A stretch of DNA of 64,000 nucleotides from Deltaproteobacteria bacterium RBG_16_64_85 (GTDB lineage: Bacteria; Desulfobacterota; Deferrimicrobia; Deferrimicrobiales; Deferrimicrobiaceae). Position 1 is the first letter of the stretch. Each line of letters starts with the position of its first letter. Made by a program: the position numbers and the translations under genes. Positions 43,031-51,884 of this stretch are shown in pieces. The notes beneath the pieces were generated by a model. It worked only from the letters and a program-made list of their open reading frames with translations. It searched no databases and had not been told where the DNA came from. The DNA lies in contig MGQW01000072.1 in assembly GCA_001798885.1 (NCBI GenBank), positions 3,669 through 67,668 of the forward strand. The letters are read 5' to 3'.

Positions 43031-44597
43031 CCGCGTTCCGCTGGAATTCCCGGAGGAAGATCTCCTTTCGCGCGTTCTGACCATTATAGGGGTCCCCGGG
43101 GAGGAGGTGGAGTATTTTTCCGTCCTCCGGCGGGGCCTCGACGCCCGGCGAAAGGGGGGGATCCTCCGGGTCTACGCGGTGGAATTCTCCCTGTGCACGG
43201 CCGGCCTGGAGGAGGCGGTCTGCTCCCGCCTGGGCTCCGCGCGGAGGGTACCGCCGGCGCCCGACCTGTTCCCGGCAGGAAGGGTCCGCAAGCCCGCGGT
43301 GCGGCCGGTGGTCGTCGGAGCGGGACCCGCCGGCCTGTTCGCCGCGTGGACACTTGCCCGTTACGGCGCCTCCCCGCTTCTTCTCGAGCGCGGCAGCCCC
43401 GTCGAGGAGCGATCGCGCCACGTGGCGGATTTCTGGAAGAGGGGGACCATCGACCCCAACAGCAACGTCCAGTTCGGCGAAGGGGGCGCGGGGACGTTCT
43501 CCGACGGAAAGCTCACGACGCGCATCGGCGACCCGCTCGTTTCCCACGTGGTCGGGATCTTCGGGGAGTTCGCGGGGCTGCCCGGCCTGCGGACGGAAGC
43601 CAAGCCACACGTCGGGACCGACCGCCTGAAGGGCTTCTGCCGCCGGATGCGGGAGGAGCTGGTTTCGCTGGGTGCCGAGGTCCGTTTCGGGGCGCTGGTT
43701 GCGGAGGTGGCGGCCGAAGGGGGACGGGTGCGGGCCGTCCGCCTTGCGGGAGGGGAGGAAATCCCGTGCGCGGACCTCGTGCTCGCCATCGGGCACTCGG
43801 CGAGGGACACACTCAGGATGTTGCTCTCCCGGGGGGTGAGGATGTCCGCCAAGGCGTTCGCCGTCGGCTTCCGGGTGGAGCACCCGCAGGGGCTCATCGA
43901 CCGGATCCAGTACGGCAGGGCCTCGGAGAGGGCCGTCCTTCCCCCCGCCGATTACCGGCTGGCGGCGCGCGCCCCCTCGGGCCGGGGGATCTATTCCTTC
44001 TGCATGTGCCCAGGGGGAGAGGTAATGGCCGCGTCCTCCGGGCCGGGCGGGATTCCCGTCAACGGGATGAGCGGGCACGGGCGTACTTCCGGGTTCGCCA
44101 ACAGCGGGATCGTGGCCACGGTGTCCGGGGAGGACTTCGGCGAGGGCGACGTTTTCGCCGGCGTCCAATTCCAGGAACTGGTCGAGGCGCGCGCCTTCCG
44201 GAAGGGGGGAGGGAATTTCGGGGTCCCCGCGATGAATCTGATGGGGTTCCTCGAAGGGAGGGACCTGAACCTGTCCCGTGGAAGGGTGCTGGCCCCCCGG
44301 GTAGCCCGGGCGAACCTCTCCGGGATCCTGCCGAGGAAAGTGGAAGAGGATCTCCGGTTCGGACTGCGGGCGTTCGGGAAGACGCTGCGCGGGTTCCTCA
44401 CCCAGGAGGGAACGCTCTACGCCGTGGAGTCCCGGACCTCTTCCCCCGTCCGCATGGAACGGGAGAATTATGAATCGGTTACCTTGAAAGGGCTGTATCC
44501 TGTGGGAGAGGGGGCGGGGCACGCCGGCGGGATCGTATCCTCCGCCGTGGACGGGATCCGGGGTGCCCTCCGCATCCTCGAGAAATTCTCCACATAA
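43008..44597 (+). CDS. NAD(P)/FAD-dependent oxidoreductase (COG2509-like)
   Basis: TTG 43008 gives (M)AIRITDIRVPLEF..., the usual N-terminus of this family. VVVGAGPAGLFAA FAD motif, GEGGAGTFSDGKL. Confidence 0.8.
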   Translation: MAIRITDIRVPLEFPEEDLLSRVLTIIGVPGEEVEYFSVLRRGLDARRKGGILRVYAVEFSLCTAGLEEAVCSRLGSARRVPPAPDLFPAGRVRKPAVRPVVVGAGPAGLFAAWTLARYGASPLLLERGSPVEERSRHVADFWKRGTIDPNSNVQFGEGGAGTFSDGKLTTRIGDPLVSHVVGIFGEFAGLPGLRTEAKPHVGTDRLKGFCRRMREELVSLGAEVRFGALVAEVAAEGGRVRAVRLAGGEEIPCADLVLAIGHSARDTLRMLLSRGVRMSAKAFAVGFRVEHPQGLIDRIQYGRASERAVLPPADYRLAARAPSGRGIYSFCMCPGGEVMAASSGPGGIPVNGMSGHGRTSGFANSGIVATVSGEDFGEGDVFAGVQFQELVEARAFRKGGGNFGVPAMNLMGFLEGRDLNLSRGRVLAPRVARANLSGILPRKVEEDLRFGLRAFGKTLRGFLTQEGTLYAVESRTSSPVRMERENYESVTLKGLYPVGEGAGHAGGIVSSAVDGIRGALRILEKFST

Positions 44598-44610
44598 GGA
44601 CGGTGCGTCG

Positions 44611-45576
44611 ATGGGAAAAACGAAGTTCGTCAAGGACATAAAGGAAGGGGAGCAGATCCGGGACCTGTTCCTGGTGGGCAGCAAGACGCAGCTCGTGAGC
44701 AACGCGGGGAAGCCCTACTTGAACCTCTCCCTGCGCGACCGGACGGGGCAGTTCGAGGGCCGCGTCTGGGACCGCGCGGAGGAGATCGGGAAGCGGTTCG
44801 ACCGGGACGACATCGTCGAGATCAGCGGGACGGCCATCCAGTACCAGGGGCGGATGCAGATGAAGGTCCACGACGTTCAGAAGGTCGCGGGCGCGAAGCC
44901 GGACCTGGGCGATTTCCTTCCGGTGACGAAGCGCGGGATCGATCCCCTCTGGCGGCAGCTGCGGGAGCTTGTGGCGGGGGTCGCGGACCCCGGCCTGCGG
45001 AAGCTGCTCGAGAGCGTATTTCCCGATCCGCCCGGGACGGACATGGCGCGCCGCTTCCGGCAGGCGCCGGGCGGGAAGAGCCTGCACCACGACTACATCG
45101 GCGGACTGCTGGAGCACACGGTGTCGGTGGCCGTCATCTCCCGCTTCCTCGCCTCGCACTACGAAGGGGTGGACGGCGACCTCCTGGTGGCGGGGGCGCT
45201 CCTCCACGACATCGGGAAGGTGGAGGAGCTCGCGTACGAGGGGACGTTCGACTACACCGACGAAGGCCGGCTGCTCGGGCACATCTACCTGGGCGCGGAG
45301 TGGGTCTCCCGCGGTTGCGAGAAGATCGCGGGATTCCCGCCCGAAAGAAAGTTGCTCCTCACGCACATGATCCTGTCCCATCACGGGGAGCTGGAGTTCG
45401 GCTCCCCCCGGCGGCCCAAGACGCTCGAGGCGATCCTGCTTCATTTCGTTGAGAACATGGACGCCAAGGCCAACGCCTTCACCGAGGCGATCGAGGACCT
45501 GCGGGAGGGGGCCCGCTGGACGGAGTACAACCGGATGTTCGAGCGGTACCTCTTCTCCGGGAAATTCGACAAGTAA
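44611..45576 (+). CDS. OB-fold + HD-domain 3'-5' exonuclease (YhaM-like)
   Basis: ATG 44611 inside ORF 44563..45576. The N-terminal OB fold is (NAGKPYLNLSLRDRTG.FEGRVW). The HD domain is (GGLLEHT...LLHDIGK). Confidence 0.8.
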   Translation: MGKTKFVKDIKEGEQIRDLFLVGSKTQLVSNAGKPYLNLSLRDRTGQFEGRVWDRAEEIGKRFDRDDIVEISGTAIQYQGRMQMKVHDVQKVAGAKPDLGDFLPVTKRGIDPLWRQLRELVAGVADPGLRKLLESVFPDPPGTDMARRFRQAPGGKSLHHDYIGGLLEHTVSVAVISRFLASHYEGVDGDLLVAGALLHDIGKVEELAYEGTFDYTDEGRLLGHIYLGAEWVSRGCEKIAGFPPERKLLLTHMILSHHGELEFGSPRRPKTLEAILLHFVENMDAKANAFTEAIEDLREGARWTEYNRMFERYLFSGKFDK

Positions 45577-45656
45577 CCCGCCGGAAATCCCGCTGGATAT
45601 CGTTATGGTGAGTGTGCGATAATAAGTTAAGCAACTTATGGGACATTGGGGGATTT

Positions 45657-45917
45657 ATGCCGACTCGGGCGCACGTTGTGCTTCCGGAGGATCTGCTTCT
45701 TCGGATCGACAAGATGATCGGCAAAAGGAAGCGAAGCCGTTTCCTCGTGGAGGCTGCGGAGGAAAAGCTGGAACGGGACCGATTATTGGCCGCCATTGAT
45801 ACTGCGGCCGGCGCCTGGAAGCCTGAGGATCATCCCGAATGGAAAAGGAAGGGAGGGGCTGTTGCCGCCGTCCGTGAAATGCGGAGAGAGTGGGACCGCC
45901 GCGGTAAAAAGGTTTGA
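45657..45917 (+). CDS. ribbon-helix-helix type II antitoxin (VapB-like)
   Basis: ATG 45657. 86 aa, MPTRAHVVLPEDLLLRIDKMIGKRKRSRFLVEAAEEKL is an RHH motif. Its stop overlaps the toxin start (TTGA). Confidence 0.7.
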   Translation: MPTRAHVVLPEDLLLRIDKMIGKRKRSRFLVEAAEEKLERDRLLAAIDTAAGAWKPEDHPEWKRKGGAVAAVREMRREWDRRGKKV

Positions 45918-46297
45918 GAGGTTACCTGCTCGACACGACATTTCTGATACGCTTTTTACGGGGTGAGGAGGCGGCGGTTTCCTGGATGCGTAGGATGGCC
46001 GAAGAGGGTCACTTCCTGGCCTGTTCCGCAGTGAACGTAGCAGAAATTTATTCGGGAATGAAAGAGAGGGAACGGCCGGCAACGGAGGCGTTGATCGGGG
46101 CGCTGCGGTGTTTTCCGGTATCCTTTGATGTGGCGCGTCAGGCGGGAGAGTGGCGGGCAAAATACCGGGCCAAAGGGCGTGAGGTTTCCCTGCCGGACGC
46201 CATTATCGGAGCGACGTCGCATATCCATCGTCTCGTCCTTGTGACCGACAACAAGAAAGATTTCCCCATGCCCGGCCTGACAATTTTCTCTCCGTAG
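45914..46297 (+). CDS. vapC: PIN-domain toxin (VapC-like)
   Basis: 127-aa ORF. LLDTTFLI (first acidic residue), AEIYSG, and LPDAIIGATS...LVTDNKKDF conserved PIN acidic positions. Confidence 0.85.
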   Translation: MRGYLLDTTFLIRFLRGEEAAVSWMRRMAEEGHFLACSAVNVAEIYSGMKERERPATEALIGALRCFPVSFDVARQAGEWRAKYRAKGREVSLPDAIIGATSHIHRLVLVTDNKKDFPMPGLTIFSP

Positions 46298-46330
46298 ACC
46301 GGGGTCCAATCCGATCAGGCTTGAGCAGGA

Positions 46331-47701
46331 TTACCCCACCTCGGCGTAGGGGCGAAGGCGGAACGTGACGCCTTCGATCGATTCGGCAAGACGCCGGACG
46401 GCGTCGTGGTCCAGGTCCGGCAGGGCCACGGCGGTGGCTACGACCGACGGGATGTGGCGAGGTGCCTCCCGGAGGAAGTCGAGGAGAGCGGGGAACGACG
46501 CCGCCCCATAGCGGTTGGGGCAGATCCTGGCGTACGTCCCGGCGTCCGGCGCGTTGAGCGAGACGGAGAGGGCGTCCACCAGGCCCGAGAGCTCCGGCAG
46601 AACATTGCGGCCATGCACCAGGTTCGCCAGCCCGTCGGTGTTGATCCGGATCTTCGCGCCCTTGCCTTTCAGCGTCTTCGCGATCGCCTTGACGTCGGCA
46701 AGCCGCAGGAACGGCTCCCCGAACCCGCAGAAGACGATCTCGTCAACCTCCGTAGGGTCGCCCACCTCCGCGACGACCTCTTCGACGGAAGGCTCCCCCG
46801 GCAGCTTCAGGTAGTGCCCTTTTACGTAGTAGTCGTCCCGCTTTGCGCAGAAAGTGCAGGTGTTGGTGCACCGGTTGGTGATGTTGAGGTACAGGGAGTT
46901 GCGGATCTTGTAGGAGACGCGGACCTCCTCCTCCGCCGGGATGCGGAAGATCCGCAAGGCGGAAAGGGTCGCGACCCGGCCGACGTCCTCCCCGGCGACC
47001 CCCTTGATCTCGCCGATCTTTTTCGCCACCAGCGGGACATAGGCCGGCTCGTTCGTCTTCCCCCGGTAGGGCAGCGGGGCCAGGAACGGGCAGTCCGTTT
47101 CGATGAGGAGCTTCTCCAGGGGGATCTTGCGGACCGCCTCCGCTTGCGTCCCGGAGCCCTTGTAGGTGATCGCGCCGGGGATGGAGATAAGGAAGTTCAT
47201 CCCGATCGCCCTGCGGGCCATTTCGCAGTCCCCGGAAAAGCAGTGGATGATCCCGCCGACATCGGCGGCGTTCTCCTCCGCCAGGATGGAGAGGATCTCG
47301 TCGTGGGCGTCCCGGTCGTGGACGATGATCGGGAGGTTCCGCCGCCGGGCGAGGCGGATCTGCTCCCGGAAGGCGGCCCGCTGGGCCTCCCGGGGGGAGC
47401 GGTCGCGGTAGAAGTCGAGGCCTGTTTCGCCGATCCCCACCACCTTGTCGCACCGGGAGAGCTCTTCCAGGCGCGCAAGGAGAGGTTCCGAGCAGGCGGA
47501 GGCATCGTGAGGGTGGAGTCCCACCGAGGCGTACACGCCCGTGTGCCGGTGGGCGATCGCGATCGCCTTTTCGCTGCTTTCGGGACCGATGCCGATCGTG
47601 ACGATGCGCGTAACCCCCGCCTCATGCGCCCGGCGGACGACTTCTCCTTCCGCGTCGCAGAGCGGTTCCAAATCCAGGTGCGCGTGCGTGTCGAAGTACA
47701 T
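46331..47701 (-). CDS. TatD-family hydrolase fused to a C-terminal radical SAM domain
   Basis: 456-aa single ORF. N-terminal YFDTHAHLD...ETDCPFLAP TatD motifs. C-terminal LNITNRCTNTCTFC (CxxxCxxC) and GFGEP radical SAM motifs. Confidence 0.85.
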   Translation of the reverse strand: MYFDTHAHLDLEPLCDAEGEVVRRAHEAGVTRIVTIGIGPESSEKAIAIAHRHTGVYASVGLHPHDASACSEPLLARLEELSRCDKVVGIGETGLDFYRDRSPREAQRAAFREQIRLARRRNLPIIVHDRDAHDEILSILAEENAADVGGIIHCFSGDCEMARRAIGMNFLISIPGAITYKGSGTQAEAVRKIPLEKLLIETDCPFLAPLPYRGKTNEPAYVPLVAKKIGEIKGVAGEDVGRVATLSALRIFRIPAEEEVRVSYKIRNSLYLNITNRCTNTCTFCAKRDDYYVKGHYLKLPGEPSVEEVVAEVGDPTEVDEIVFCGFGEPFLRLADVKAIAKTLKGKGAKIRINTDGLANLVHGRNVLPELSGLVDALSVSLNAPDAGTYARICPNRYGAASFPALLDFLREAPRHIPSVVATAVALPDLDHDAVRRLAESIEGVTFRLRPYAEVG

Positions 47702-47849
47702 GCTTCAGTTCCTCGTGTGCCGGAAGGCGCACGCCGCAGAAGGGTCCGGCGGAGCCGCCGCAGGAGGGGGGCGCAGTGAGGTAAAGCGCAGCCGTGCGGG
47801 TCCATCGCACGGCGAGCCACGAACGGAGCCCCCCTCCGAGGCGGCGCAG
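47702..47849. repeat. GC-rich structured intergenic repeat, copy 3 (inverted copy of module X at 9622..9770)
   Basis: The reverse complement of 47745..47849 is near-identical to 9622..9727. The weaker tail runs up to the tatD start codon at 47701. Confidence 0.8.
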
Positions 47850-47897
47850 CCGAAGGGGGATCCGGCGCTTCGAGGGGCCGCGATTGCTTGCATCGTC

Positions 47898-49430
47898 CTA
47901 CTCTTCGATGCGGGGGAACGCGACGGCGGACCGGGGCAGCGTGGCGCCGGATGGGAGCCCGCCCCACGCCCCGGCGGAGGCGAGGTTCATCTTCTCGACC
48001 GCGCCCGCGCAACCAAGCGCCTCCCACATTTTCTGGGCCGCGGCCGGGAGGAAGGGAGCGGAAAGCAGCACGCAGATCCGGGCGGCCTCCAGGATATTGT
48101 ACAGGACCGTCCCCAGGCGCTCCCGTTTGGCGGCGTCCTTGGCCAGCGCCCACGGGGCCGACGCGTCCACGTACCGGTTGCAGGCCTTCACAAGGTCCCA
48201 GACGGCCGAAAGCGCCTTGTGGAATTCGACCTCCTCCATGGCTCCGTCCACGGCGTTGCGGACTTCCCCGGCAAGGGCGATGAGCGAACGGTCTTCCTCG
48301 CCGGCGGGGGAGGGGACGGGCACCGTTCCGTCGAAATATTTCCCGAGCATGCCGAGCGTCCGGTTCAGCAGGTTACCGAAATCGTTGGCGAGGTCGGAGT
48401 TGATCCGGTGCACAAGGGCCTTCTTCGAGAAATCCCCGTCGAGGCCGAACGGCACCTCCCGCAGGAGGAAGTAGCGGAACGCGTCCGCACCGTAGGTCTC
48501 CACCATCTCGTACGGATCGACGACGTTTCCCAGGGACTTGCTCATCTTCTGCCCCTCGACGGTCCACCAGCCGTGTGCGAAGACGCCCAGCGGAGGGGCA
48601 ACCCCGGCCGACATCAGGAACGCCGGCCAGAAGACCGCGTGGAACCGAAGAATGTCTTTCCCCACCATGTGGACGTCCGCGGGCCAGAACGTGTCGAACC
48701 TCTCCCCGCCGTCCGGGTACCCTACGCCGGTAATGTAATTGGTGAGCGCGTCGTACCACACGTAGATCACGTGTCCCGGGTGGTCCGGGAGGGGAATCCC
48801 CCAGGCGAGGGAGGTGCGGGAGACCGAGAGGTCGTTCAGTCCCCCCTCCACGAAAGAGACAACCTCGTTCCGGCGGCTCTCCGGGCGGATGAACTTCGGG
48901 TTCTTCCCGTAGTATTCGAGGAGCGGCTTCTGGTACTTCGAGAGACGGAAAAAGAAGGAGGGCTCCTTCCGCTTCTCGACGGCCCTTCGGCACTCGGGGC
49001 ATTTCCCTTCGAGAATCTGGAGGTCGGTCCAGTACGACTCGCAGGGAGTGCAGTACCACCCCTCGTACTCCCCGAGATAGATGTCCCCGTTGCGCAGGGA
49101 CTTGCGGAACAGCTCCCGCACGGAGGCGTAATGCCTCGGCTCCGTGGTCCGGATGAAGTCGTCGTTCGTGATGTTCAGCGCGGGAGAGAGCCCCTGGAAC
49201 CGCGTGACAACGCGGTCGGCCAGCTCGCGGGGGGCAAGGCCCTGCTGAACAGCGCTCTTCTGGACCTTCTCTCCGTGCTCGTCCGTCCCCGTGAGGAAGA
49301 ACACCCTCTGTCCCTTCATCCGGTGGTACCGCGCGAGCGCGTCGCAGGCGATCGTCGTGTAGGCGTGACCGATGTGGGGAACGTCGTTGACGTAATAGAT
49401 CGGGGTGGTGATGTAGAACGTGGGCTTCAC
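47898..49430 (-). CDS. metG: methionine--tRNA ligase
   Basis: ORF 47898..49535. TTPIYYVNDVPHIGHAYT (HIGH) and KMSKSLGN (KMSKS). GTG 49430 (GAGGAGG upstream) overlaps the upstream stop (GTGA). Confidence 0.95.
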   Translation of the reverse strand: MKPTFYITTPIYYVNDVPHIGHAYTTIACDALARYHRMKGQRVFFLTGTDEHGEKVQKSAVQQGLAPRELADRVVTRFQGLSPALNITNDDFIRTTEPRHYASVRELFRKSLRNGDIYLGEYEGWYCTPCESYWTDLQILEGKCPECRRAVEKRKEPSFFFRLSKYQKPLLEYYGKNPKFIRPESRRNEVVSFVEGGLNDLSVSRTSLAWGIPLPDHPGHVIYVWYDALTNYITGVGYPDGGERFDTFWPADVHMVGKDILRFHAVFWPAFLMSAGVAPPLGVFAHGWWTVEGQKMSKSLGNVVDPYEMVETYGADAFRYFLLREVPFGLDGDFSKKALVHRINSDLANDFGNLLNRTLGMLGKYFDGTVPVPSPAGEEDRSLIALAGEVRNAVDGAMEEVEFHKALSAVWDLVKACNRYVDASAPWALAKDAAKRERLGTVLYNILEAARICVLLSAPFLPAAAQKMWEALGCAGAVEKMNLASAGAWGGLPSGATLPRSAVAFPRIEE

Positions 49431-50182
49431 GACGCCCCGTCCTCCTCGTCGCCGAACCGGAACGAGAGGTCGTCGCCCTCGCCGGCGTCGGGAGGGGGAG
49501 GGGCCGCGCCGTTCCCCGCCGCGCAGGTCCCGCACGCCTTGGCCCGCGCGTACGACTCATGCTCGTAGATGAGGCAGCACATCAGGCGCCCGCAGACCCC
49601 CGACAGCTTCGCCGGGTTCAGGGCGAGCTTCTGGTCCTTCGCCATCTTCACCGTGATGGGCTCGAAGTCGCCGAGGAAGGTGGCGCAGCAGAGGCCCAGC
49701 CCGCAGGGTCCGACCCCGCCCACCACGCGCGCCTCGTCGCGCACGCCGATCTGCCGCATCTCGATGCGCGTCCGGAGCTCGTGGGCCAGGTCCTTGACCA
49801 GCTCCCGGAAGTCGATGCGGCCGTCGGCCGTGAAGTAGAAGATCGCCTTGCTCCGGTCGAGCAGGACCTCGGTCCGCGCCAGCTTCATGGGCAGCTCCCG
49901 GGCCTCGATCCGCTTCAGGCAGAAGGAGTGGGCCTCCGCCTCGCGCCGCGCGTTTTCCTGGTGGGCGCGGATGTCGTCGGCAGTGGCGGCCCGGACGACC
50001 CTGGCGTAAGAGGACTTCTGAACGGCCGGAGCGTGGGCGTCGATCCGCTGGACGACCTCTCCCAGCACCGGTCCCCGCTCCGTCTGGACGACGGCGTAGT
50101 CCCCCCGCTTCAGGGGAGTCCCTGTGCAGTCGAAGTGGTGCATCTTGCAAACGCCCCGGAGCCTGATTCCCGCAAGATCCAT
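49427..50182 (-). CDS. PSP1 domain protein (RicT/YaaT-like)
   Basis: ATG 50182 inside ORF 49427..50212. PSP1 C-terminal region with Cys-rich GPCGLGLCC...CGRLMCC. Confidence 0.85.
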   Translation of the reverse strand: MDLAGIRLRGVCKMHHFDCTGTPLKRGDYAVVQTERGPVLGEVVQRIDAHAPAVQKSSYARVVRAATADDIRAHQENARREAEAHSFCLKRIEARELPMKLARTEVLLDRSKAIFYFTADGRIDFRELVKDLAHELRTRIEMRQIGVRDEARVVGGVGPCGLGLCCATFLGDFEPITVKMAKDQKLALNPAKLSGVCGRLMCCLIYEHESYARAKACGTCAAGNGAAPPPPDAGEGDDLSFRFGDEEDGAS

Positions 50183-50189
50183 CCGTGTT

Positions 50190-51170
50190 TCAGTCCTTTC
50201 CGTGCAACCCAAATAAAAATGCCTCCAGCGCCAGCCGCTTCTGGGCCTGGGGAGGCAATCGGGACGTGGACAGAAGCGCCTGGAACGCCAGGGTCCATTC
50301 GTAAGGGGTTTTCCGGGCGGCGACGGCGCTTAAGGGATCCCCGAAATCCTTGTTTATTATATCCGCTTTCCCCCCGGAAGATAAGAGGGCCAGGTCCCGC
50401 ACCAGGGACAGGGGCACGGCGATCTGCCCCTGCCGCTCCCCCCCTTTCCTCCACGTCTCGCCGGCTGCGGCGGCGTTCGCCGGGTCCAGGCGGGAAAACA
50501 GGCCGGCCCACATCCTGCGGCCCTCTTCCATCTCGTCGAGAAGAAGGAGCGCGCGCCCCGGGCTTCCCCCCGCGCAGGCGGCCGCCGCCCGGACCGTCCC
50601 GACGGTGTGCCGCGGGCCTGCCTCGGGGATGCCTCGGAGGATCTCCTCCACGGCATCCTCCGAGAGCGTGGAGAAGGGGATCTTCTGGCAGCGGGAGACG
50701 ATCGTGGGGGGAAGCCGGGAAAGCCGGTGGGCCACAAGCACGATGTGCGTCGCAGGCGGGGGCTCCTCGAGAGTCTTCAGCAGGGCGTTGGCCGCCTGCA
50801 GGGTCATACGGTCCGCCGGGCAGATGAGCGCCGCGCGCGCGCGGTCGGAAAACGCCTTCAGCGAGAGCTCCTCCTTGAGCCGCCGTATCCCGGCAATCTG
50901 GATGAAGTGGTTCTCCGGCGAAATCCGCAGGAGGTTGGGATGGGCGCCGGAAGCGAGCAGACGGCACTCGGGGCAGGCAAAACATCCGCCGTCGGGGGTC
51001 CGGTCGCGACAGAAAAGGGCGGCGAGGAACGCGAGCGCGGCCCTCTCCTTGCCGATCCCCTCCTCTCCATGGAAGAGGAGGCCGGGCGGGACGTTCCCCG
51101 TCTCCAGGTAGCGGCGCAGAAGGGAGATCGCCCGATCCTGCCCGCGGAGGGAGGAGAAGTTCCCTACCAT
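50190..51170 (-). CDS. holB: DNA polymerase III subunit delta'
   Basis: ATG 51170 inside ORF 50190..51512. GQDRAISLLRRYLETGNVPPGLLFHGEEGIGK and a Zn-module-like CFACPEC. Overlaps the tmk stop. Confidence 0.85.
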   Translation of the reverse strand: MVGNFSSLRGQDRAISLLRRYLETGNVPPGLLFHGEEGIGKERAALAFLAALFCRDRTPDGGCFACPECRLLASGAHPNLLRISPENHFIQIAGIRRLKEELSLKAFSDRARAALICPADRMTLQAANALLKTLEEPPPATHIVLVAHRLSRLPPTIVSRCQKIPFSTLSEDAVEEILRGIPEAGPRHTVGTVRAAAACAGGSPGRALLLLDEMEEGRRMWAGLFSRLDPANAAAAGETWRKGGERQGQIAVPLSLVRDLALLSSGGKADIINKDFGDPLSAVAARKTPYEWTLAFQALLSTSRLPPQAQKRLALEAFLFGLHGKD

Positions 51171-51796
51171 CCGAAACGTGCCGACACGGTCTCGCGGATG
51201 CGGCCGAAGACGTCGTCCGCCGGGAGGGAACCGTCGATCCGGCGGATCCGGTCCGGATCGCTCGCTTGAAGGCGCAGATATCCTTCGCGCACCTTCCGGT
51301 GGAACTCGAAGGATTCGGACTCGATGCGGTCCGGGCGGGTGCCGCGTCCGCGGATCCGGGCGGCCCCGTCCTCCGGGGACACGTCGAGGAGGAAGGTCAG
51401 GTCGGGGGAGAGCCCGCCGGACGCGAAGGCGTTCAGCCATTCGACCTGCGGACCTTCGATCCCCCGGGAGAACCCCTGGTAGGCCGTCGTGGCGTCGTAA
51501 AAGCGGTCGCACAGCACCGCCTGCCCGGAAATCAGCGCCGGCAGGATCACCCCGCGGACGTGCTGCGACCGGGCGGCTTCGTACAGGAGCAGTTCGGTTT
51601 CCGGGAAGACGGGCTCCTCCCGGGGCGACAGTAGAAGGGAGCGGATTTCGTCGGCGAGGGGAGTGCCACCCGGCTCCCGGGTGACCCGGTGGGGAATTCC
51701 CCTTTCCTTGAGATATTCGGACAGCCGCCGGACCTGGGTGGTCTTTCCGGACCCCTCGATCCCCTCAAACGTCACGAACGGTGCAGAGAGGGACAT
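51164..51796 (-). CDS. tmk: thymidylate kinase
   Basis: 210-aa ORF. FVTFEGIEGSGKTTQ P-loop, REPGGT, DRF motifs. Confidence 0.95.
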   Translation of the reverse strand: MSLSAPFVTFEGIEGSGKTTQVRRLSEYLKERGIPHRVTREPGGTPLADEIRSLLLSPREEPVFPETELLLYEAARSQHVRGVILPALISGQAVLCDRFYDATTAYQGFSRGIEGPQVEWLNAFASGGLSPDLTFLLDVSPEDGAARIRGRGTRPDRIESESFEFHRKVREGYLRLQASDPDRIRRIDGSLPADDVFGRIRETVSARFGW

Positions 51797-51884
51797 TCCT
51801 ATCGGGGCGGAGGGAAGAAGCGGCGCCGCGCGAGGAATCCCGCGATGGCGAGTGTGCTATTGGTTCTACGCGTGTCCCCGCCCG

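Noticed and set aside
42507-44702. 731-aa minus-strand ORF opposite the FAD oxidoreductase gene
   Set aside because: No motifs and biased composition. The plus-strand frame has a clear FAD-binding signature.
51830-51844. Fourth copy of the intergenic repeat between tmk and nrdJ
   Set aside because: Only a 15-nt exact match (gcgaggaatcccgcg) to 9914..9928 with no flanking similarity, which is too short to call a copy.
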